NCBI RefSeq assembly: GCF_009914755.1
Contig: NC_060927.1
From: the human T2T-CHM13v2.0 reference genome, Homo sapiens
Direction: 5' to 3' (one strand)
Length of the DNA: 64,000 nucleotides
Shown here: in pieces, positions 54,183 through 64,000 of the stretch
Layout: every line of letters begins with the position of its first letter
Numbering within the stretch: position 1 is the stretch's first letter
The notes under the pieces: generated by a model
The model's database searches: none
What the model saw: the letters and a program-made list of their open reading frames with translations, nothing else
What the model was told of the DNA's origin: nothing
Position numbers and translations under genes: made by a program

Positions 54183-57100
54183 TTATCATAGGATTTGAAG
54201 TTATATAACAGTAAAGCTATGTGTGGCCCTTTAGTAGGAAGGAGGTAGCTATGATTATGCACAGTCATGTAATACTTATGAGTAAAATTTCCCCACAATT
54301 TCTCCTATCTCTAAAACACAGATCCTAATACAAATGTTTCAGATCTGTTACTAGTTTTTAATGAAGTAACATTTGTAAGGTATCTGTCATATTGGAAGTA
54401 CATAGATTTTAATATTTTCTCTAATTAAAAACGTATATAAATATAAATTATTACAAATGCTGAAAAGATTAGTTGCACAGATGTCTCTGTTTTCCCTCAG
54501 GTTTATTATTTTTGTTTAATTTCACCAAAAATAATCTGTCGATTATGACCATAAGAAATTAAAATTGATGAAACTGCCCAGATTCCTCATCACAGTGGTC
54601 ATGTGTCTCTGAGAGTATTTTCAAAACAGGATTATGTGTCAACTAATATAATCTCCCTTTTCATTTTTTAAAATATCTCTAATTCAATATTACACATTTA
54701 TTAGTCCTTGAAAACCAAGTAATTCTACTTGCCTCATTTTTTTTTCTTGCTTCACATACATTTCAAAGTTTTCCTTGTTCCACTCAGTCATCAATGCTGC
54801 TCTGCAAATTTCATTCTCAGCCCAACACTTTGGAAATTGTGAACAGCTCCTTGGTGTGTTTTTTTATATAACAAAGAGCATAATCTGCATCCATGCCCTT
54901 TTTTCAAAACATTTAATCCTAGAAATCTTTGCTTTTTTTGACTTCCTTCCCTTTATTCTCCTTCCCTGTAATCCTTTCAAATAAATCCTTTCAGTGTTCT
55001 TTTCATTTTATAATTCTATAAGCACATTATCTTGAGAGAACTTTAGTGTCCTTTAAAATAACTTTACTCACTTTTTAACTCTCATAATTTTCAAAGACGG
55101 AATCAAAGAGGGAGATAAACAAGAGTTTGCTTCACTTTGTATTTAGTAAGTGAGGTACGCTGCAGGTAATAACACTGCATGCCTGATTGGTAGTTTAGTT
55201 GTCAGAGGAAGACAGGGCTAAGGGGCACTTTATCAGAGCAGTTATAACACTCCAACAATGGGAATTATTTCATACCCTTTCAGCAAGAATTTCTATCAGC
55301 TCAGTAAAAGATACATTTAATAGAGAATCAAGAAAGAATGGCTGGTTAACTTTCTATTTAAATAAAAAGCCATGTGACTATAATTGCCAATTTTTTGGCC
55401 TTCTGGTTAGCGTCTGATGTTCACTGTTGGCCTAACTCATAAAAAATAGAGGGATTCTTGACCTTCTACATCCACATTTGTTGGGCATCCTGTATGAATT
55501 ATGGTCATTCTATACCCTGTTTGTCAGAAGTAGTCCTAACCTAGAGCCTCCTGATGCAATTCCAGTTTTGGATACTAGGGTTTTTTGTTTGTTATTGTAG
55601 GTTTTGTTTTTTTGTTTTGTTTTGTTTTTTGAAAGAACCAACCTGAGAGGAAAAAAAAAATCTTAATATAGAGAATAGTAGTCTCAATTTATAGTTTTTC
55701 TTTATATTACTTAATAAATAAATGTACTCAAAATGTATTAAATGTGTTTAAGAATTGTTTTATTATTCTAGTAGATAGGAAACCAGAACTAACTGCCCAC
55801 AGAGATGGTATAAAATTAATGCGATGAAAACATATTATTAACTTCTGACCAAATACCTTTGCTTGGAGAAGGCTATGCAACTAAGGCCTACCTCTCTTTT
55901 ATAAAAAGGGAGATTAGCGAAAACTGAGGGTTGTTAAATAGAGCTTAGTGACAACGTGAGAATTTTCTCATGATGCAATCAGGAAGATTGAAGCCAAATT
56001 GAAAAAAAAATCATTTTCTCCCCATGTAATCCAAGGTAATTTAAAGTTGTGTCTTTAATACTTAAAATCATCTCTATACCAATAGTAGTACATGTCATGC
56101 ATATTTTGGAGACTGCCAGAAGAAAAACCCTCTTAATCTTAGCATATAGATTTATCATAGCTGTTTTAAACTCCCCTGCAGTTTTCATCTTTTCTAATCA
56201 TTGAACACAAAGCATTATTCACTTAATATAGAGGGCTAATAAAAATGTCAGTGTCCTTTGAAATATTTACTAATTAATGGCCACTATCAGTCATTTTTTT
56301 TCTTGTAGTTATGGTTTCTATCATGGTAAATAACTATATTTAGTTTTAAGAGTTCTAAAAATTTAATCATGCTTAATCAGCATGACAGGTCTGAACAAAT
56401 TGCAATCTTGTCCAGAACTAAAGCAAATATCTAACTAGGGAGAAGAGCAAATGTTTTAAAGTCAAGTTTTTAAAAGAGACGCTAGTCCTCAGTCATATAG
56501 CTCACATTCATTTTCTTTAACTTAGTAAAGAATCCCTTAGTAAATCTGTAGCTTCCTGAAGGCAATATGATTGCCCTGAAGATTTATATTATGCTATGAA
56601 AGTCATATTTATACTCATACTCAGACACACACACATCCTCACCCACACATACACAAACACACAAATAGAGCCCTGGGCAGAGTCCAAACTACATCAGAAG
56701 GGAAACAGGAGACTGAAAACAGAAAGTAGGCACAAAGTGACAAGAAAAGATGCTTCACAGCATAAGAACTTAAAAAAAAAAAAATCTCTGAAGTCGCAAT
56801 TCCAATACAGCCCACAGAAACCCTCTTTCCTTGCAATATTGTTTATTACAACACACATTTTTCTTTCAGGTCCACTGCAATAGACAGGACCTCCAGCATA
56901 CTCAGAAACATCTCAATTTCTGAAAACAGGCTCGGGCTCAAATTCAGACTTGCTTATAGCAGAAACTCGCAATATGATTTGAAAAGTATTCTGAAAAAGT
57001 CCTTTACCCACAATAATTATTGATCATTTCTTATGCATCTATACACAGATTTTTGCAAGATATTTCAATCTGGAAGGCAACTTCTTACATTTATCTACTT

Positions 57101-57438
57101 AGAAAACTCCTACTTAGCTTTAACGCCGGTCCAACTATTTCCCTTATAATAATCTTTAGGCTTAAACTTGTTTTGCTTGTGCTCACACATCCCTACTCTT
57201 TAGGCTTTATTACTTTTATGTATTTTACTTCATTGCCTCCCTCACTAATCTAGATTTTGAATCAGCTCCTGATAGTTTCAAGTATCAGCTTGGCTTTTTA
57301 ATTAGTTTAGAGACTTAAGGAAGGCTCAAAAATTTTTTAAACATCTTTTAAAATTGTAATACCTTATATTAAAATTAAATTAAAATAAACAAAATAAAAT
57401 AAAAATATTATCTGTATTTTTCTGATGTTTAAATAAAT

Positions 57439-57505
57439 TTATATATTATATATATATGTGTGTGTATATATATATATAGAGAGAGAGAGAGAGAATATAT
57501 ATACA
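57439..57505. repeat. Compound (TA)n(TG)n(TA)n(GA)n microsatellite
   Basis: Directly visible in the sequence. Confidence 0.95.
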
Positions 57506-57662
57506 CAAAATGTCCAGCGCATATTTGAGACTCAAAACATGATGGTGAGTAGTGTTGTTATTTTTTTAACTTTACTATAGAAAAAAGTTAAAATCTTATC
57601 CTTAAGAGCTATAAAAGAAGTGTGTATTATGCATTTATGTATATAACATAGGTTATATATCT

Positions 57663-57830
57663 TGCTATGCTTTAAATATTCATGTCCCTCCAAAATTTAT
57701 ATGTTGAAACCTACACACCAAGGTGATGGCATTAGAAAGTGGGACTTTTGGGAGATGATTAGGTCACGAGGGCTCTTCCTTCATGAATAAGATGAATATA
57801 CTTATCAAAGGGGCTGCAAAGACATGCATG
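57663..57830 (+). mobile_element. MST/MLT1A LTR 5' fragment
   Basis: tgctatg...tgtccctccaaaatttatatgttgaaacct...gggagatgattaggtcacgaggg. Confidence 0.8.
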
Positions 57831-58709
57831 GCCCATCCAAGTATGTAAATGGCTTGCAGACCCATGGTTTGACCATATACTTACTAGGTATGTTTGATAA
57901 ATTCCATTTCCTTAGCATGTCCTTCTTTAAATTACATTCATAGATCCATTTATATGGATTTCTTCATTAATTTACTTTAGTAGCTTACAATATGACTGTA
58001 ATTTTGCATCTTTAATTATTATAATTAAGTTCTGGAGCTATGATTATCTAGATTAGCATCAGTCTCACTCTTTTCTCTCAGTATCTTTCTTCCTTCATCC
58101 TTAACCAAGAGTATCTGGGGCTTATTCAGTCCAAAAGAGTTTAGACCTGCTTCCAAACACCAGACATATAAATAAAAATAGAAAATGAATTTATCCACAG
58201 TATTAAACTTTTTTCCTGGAAAGAAGTATATATTGACAAAAATATAATCAGATTATTAAAGCAAGAAGACAAGAGATAAAAATATTCAACACTAAGTGTT
58301 TTTTGACTTCCAAAATAAATAAAATTGGAACACAATTCCCTTCCTTTTTTCTGTATCACTTCCTTTGTTACAAACTGATATTTGCTTGCTTGTACAAACC
58401 AGAGGAGTTGTGTATGTTACTGCAAACCAAATAGCTGTGCTGATGTTAGGTAACATTTAGTCTCCATCTTTCAGAGAAAGATATGGGAATGTCACCCATA
58501 CAGAAATAAGTACATTTATAGATAAACATAAGCATATAAAACATTTTATTTCCATACCTGAACACAATGCCTGGAATGTTTTAAGTGCTAATTAAGCTAT
58601 AGAAATATTTTTTAATTTATTCTATATCTATCTCCTTGTATTTTTATAGATAATAGGTTCAATCAATTTTAGTCGTATTCTCAACTCAAATTTATAAAAC
58701 ATATACTTC

Positions 58710-58880
58710 TTTCCAGAAACTGTGCTAAGTTCTTTACATATATTTTCTCCTGTTGTCTGTATATCAATTCTATGAAGTGAATATTATCTCCAATTAACAG
58801 GAAACTGAATCTTAAAAGGTATACCTGAATTGCTCATAATACCTAATGGAACCAGGATTTGAATTAATTTCTCTCTAAAT
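58710..58880 (-). mobile_element. MIR
   Basis: ccagaaactgtgctaag...ggaaactgaatctt...accaggatttgaa. Confidence 0.65.
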
Positions 58881-60572
58881 CTGGAAGCAAGATGATTAGC
58901 CAGCATGCTAATAATACTAACTCTCTGCTAATTAAAATGCAAGTAATCCTGGATGAATAACATGATAAATCCTATAACATTAATGTAAATGTGTTTCTTA
59001 GATAACTTTCCTCCAACGTAACAAATTGTACGTTAGAAGGACATGATATGAAGGCAAAGGATGAATTTAAATATTAGAACAAGTGATAAAGGGGAGGAAG
59101 TGTGCTACACTCAGCCAATCTTATCTTTATTTTCTACTTTATTATTCTGCTTTGCCTAAGATATTAATATGCAATCAGTTTGAAAATTAACATATTTAGA
59201 AAAGAAGTATTTTTATAGTTTTATTGTATGACACACATGTGACACATAAACACAGATACAAGAATGTGTCAAGCTTACATGCAGACATAGTATAGATGAA
59301 TTTAAGTGGTATAGATTACTAATCTGTTGCTTTCTTTTTAACAATTCTGGATTATATAATATAAGAAAATTAAAAATTCTGATGGAATATTTTTCATCCA
59401 AATTATATAGGAAATGTTAAAATTGTATAACTCTACTATATTTGATTTCTACCACTTAATTTATCTATCTAGAGATCTATCTCTATTTAACTGGAAGCCC
59501 TCCACACCAGAGGACACCAAGGATTATATATGCACTTTAACTTTTTAAAAATGGAATTTGAAAAATTACTCAAGGTTGTTTTTATTATGTAATACACGTT
59601 TGCAATAACAAACTAACAAGGGGAGATAAGAGCATAAGGGTAAATCCACTTAATATTTTAAACAAAAAAAATTAATCAGGTATAATTTTCATTAATAGAG
59701 TACATAGGTACTTAAACCATTTTAGAAGTAAAAAATTATTTATGCACATTGCTTACATTTTCATATATACACATTGTGATGGGTTTCTATCTATTTAACA
59801 TTTCTCCCAGTATGAAACAACAACAGGAATAGGGGCCACTTCATAAATGTGCTTAATGCTTACAGATAATGATACTTCGGTAAACTTTAAAATTTAAATG
59901 TTATCTGGGAACATCTTGAAAATAGGGATCCTGCCATGTTCATCTTTGAATACTCAGTGCTTTGCAAAATGCTTGACTTATAATAGCTGGTGATGATATT
60001 CAGAATTAGTTTTCCCCCTAATATTTCTTAATATTGCAACTACATTTAGACATTCATTTAGACATTCATTTAAGAATTGTATATCTTGTTGTCACATTCA
60101 ACAGTTACATGTATATAGTGTTCAACCTACACTTGTAATGATATAAATAATACATTTTAATCTCAGAATTGACTATGAGCACTTTGATATGCAGCACTAT
60201 GAGCACTTTGACTATCTAACCTTTGATATGCAGTTTATATAGATCCTGATATTTCCCTCTTACATTGTTATCAATCTATTTATGATATAAAAATTTTCAT
60301 GGCATTGTATCAAAATATTGTTACTACTCCTTAGACACTATTAGTCACAACTTCTAACTCAGTCTGTCTGAGTTTATCAATATAAATCTTGTAAAGTAGA
60401 ATCTCTGGACGAACTCAGCATATTGTGCAAGTGCACTTCTGGACCAGTGACCAGACTCTGAATTAATTATGTTTGGTTACGATGTTTACCCTTGATCCAA
60501 AAAGGTCTGATTAAGTGGATGATGGCGTCACATGGTGAAATAAATGACTGAATAAGGACAAGAATGTGTTGA

Positions 60573-61730
<1,158 letters not shown>

Positions 61731-61736
61731 AGTTAT

Positions 61737-62190
61737 ATCGGTCTCAATTTCAGTCAAGACTCAGGACAAATAAATGGCACTGTCAAAGTTGTGAATTTTA
61801 AGGGAGTTTCATACTAAGATTTAAAAAAGTGTTGGTCAAGTGAAGAAAAAACACAAGGAATAATACTATACCCAGGGTTTTACATCTCACTGTTTTTTCC
61901 ATTGTTATAGCTGAAGGAGATAAAAAAGAAAGTGATTATTAGAATCTAATGACACAAAAGGCTGTGTGCAAAGGCCACCTGTCATGAGGGAGGTAGCAAG
62001 CCCAACAAGAAGGGAATCTAGGTATGTAAACCACTTTACTCTCCTTCCATCCCCTAGATGGCCTGCAACAGCTTCTGACTAGGCAAACCCAACAGGACGG
62101 CCAAAGCCAGATGGTTCCATGAATGTGGTATAGATAGGTGGGCTTCCTAGGGTAAGCAGTGGAAGGTGTATCTGAAGGGGAAAGTAGAGA
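61737..62190. mobile_element. Old ERVL LTR (LTR33-like)
   Basis: aaatggcactgtcaaag...ggcaaacccaacagga...ggcttcctagggta motifs; highly diverged. Confidence 0.5.
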
Positions 62191-62557
62191 ACAGTGCAGC
62201 CACCTTAAACATTCACTAACGTGCTGTTGCCTTCTAAAACAAGCAGAATGCATTTAAAACTTTTCATTGAGTGACCTATATCTTTACCATTAAGTTTACT
62301 GGCCAAGTTGACCTACAGAATCAGTCCTTGCATTTTCATTTTCATTACATTATCTGACTTGTTCTTTGTTGAAATACATTATTTCTTCCCTTGTCAAATC
62401 TCCTATCACCTGAAAAAATATATATACTTTAATCCTTGCATCACCATTTCTCATCTACATTTATTTTCCACTATATATATATAGAAGGCATAATTTTAAT
62501 TTTTATCAATCCAACTTCTGTCTAACTGCACACTTACTTTTTTTCCTTTTTGCACTT

Positions 62558-63209
62558 TGTGGTTTGCAGAATTCTTAATTTCCCAAAAGACTCCACCTGA
62601 CCAAAATGTACATGCCCTGTATAATCGCCTTACCCTTAACTGTAAGCAAGACCAGTGAATATGATGGAATATAATTCCTAGGATGACACTATTTGACATG
62701 GCAAAGAGATTTTTCAGATATAGTCAGTTAACTTTGATGTAATCAAAATGGAGGAGCTAAGTGGACATAACCTAATTAGATGTACCCTTAAAAGATACTG
62801 GACACTTTCTTAGAGAGGAGATGTAAATCATGATAGATTATCCTGGCAGCTGGAAGGAGCAGAATGCCATGTTATGGAGAGGACTACATGCAGGAACTGG
62901 TGGACAGTTTATAGAAGGTTTATTGCTCCCTGTTGATAACCAGCAAGAAAGAAAGGACCTCTGTCTCATAATTAGAAAGAATTAAGTTCTGCCAATAATT
63001 AGTGAGCTTGGAATAGGACACTGAGCCCACTGTGGTGGCAGCCTTGGCCAGCATGTGGCTTTCGGGCTGATGAGACCCCAAGCCAAAGATCCAGCTAACC
63101 CATACCCAGAATCTGACCATGGACACCATGAAATAATACATTTTTGTTGATTTAAGCTACTGAGTTTGTGGTAATATGTTACACAGCAATGCAATGCAAA
63201 ACTAATATA
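62558..63209 (+). mobile_element. MLT1 (E-like) solo LTR
   Basis: TGTGGTTTGCAGAATTCT...GTTACACAGCAATG...ACTAATATA; TSD cactt/tactt. Confidence 0.85.
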
Positions 63210-64000
63210 TACTTCAAGCATGTAAGTATCTAACTCAACTTTCTAAACTTAAAAGTTACTTGAAGGCTATGATTATCTTCTACTTCTAGAAGATAGAATA
63301 CCCTCTCAAATTATAATCAAAACCATGCTCTTATAACAAGTCAGTTACAGAGTGTAGGTGAAAATTCATGCCTTATGACTTACCACACAGAGTAGCCTTT
63401 CCACCTCCATTCTCTAATTGTTCTCCTGATGAAAACAATTAGTCTAAATAGACAGATGGAGACCCATGAGTTACCTAGGTGTGTTCAAAATAATAGGCAA
63501 TGGAGATAATCTAGAATAGATAACAGCAACCTATTTTCAAGATGCCAAAGGGTAGTGTGGATTAAAAAAATTAATAATATTATACATATACAGGAGCATC
63601 AGTTTGGCTTTGTTTTTGTTAAACATAAATATTAGTTTTGCTGCTGAAAATAATTTTTTTACTAAGCAAAAAGATAGCTCAAGCTTATAAATGATAAAAA
63701 TATTAAAAAGCAGTTTTTCATTCAGAACCCTCAAAAAAGAATGATGTTAGATTTGATAGTATTGAATGGTCAAGATAAGATGCCTCAAAAAAACATTGAA
63801 TCAAGAGGAGACTTGATGGGAAAGGAAGGAGGTAGCACTTCAGAAGATGAATGATTTTAAAGACAGCATTTTCTTCCTATAAATGGAGTTAGAAAACAGA
63901 AGGCAGATGCTGTCTGATTATCTCAGATTCAGCTAAAGTGGGATGTCATTTGTTATTCCAATTTACAGAAACTGCACAAAACAGTCATAACCAGACCACA

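Noticed and set aside
55199-55417. 72-aa ORF in apparently unique DNA
   Set aside because: Non-ATG start, no recognisable domain and no convincing splice boundaries.

Overview
AT-rich, CpG-poor primate (very probably human) intergenic or intronic DNA. I find no supportable protein-coding gene, RNA gene or CpG island; the listed ORFs are chance ORFs or decayed transposable-element ORFs. The window is a dense archive of transposable elements. The centrepiece is a two-LTR HERV-H provirus (34725-41190, GTTAT target-site duplication [TSD], His primer-binding site [PBS], degraded gag/pro/pol, env largely deleted). Its LTRs resemble the pluripotency-active LTR7up type and it keeps an intact major splice donor. 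Also present: an internally deleted HERV-L/MLT2 provirus, a minus-strand MER50 provirus, a near full-length Tigger2, a solo MER11 nested in an older LTR, THE1/MLT1/MST and other LTRs, about ten Alus, and L1, L2 and MIR fragments. Less ordinary observations: a ~50-bp twin-primed L1 micro-insertion; a young L1 with a short candidate 3' transduction; two old dispersed duplications, one of which copies a proviral deletion junction; several templated insertion or inversion scars; and an old MLT1 LTR with anomalous CpG retention. I see no evidence of a genuinely new biological system. The best functional hypotheses are an LTR7-driven chimeric lncRNA and a germline-hypomethylated LTR promoter. Subfamily names come from recalled consensus sequences and need Dfam/RepeatMasker confirmation; boundaries of old elements are approximate.
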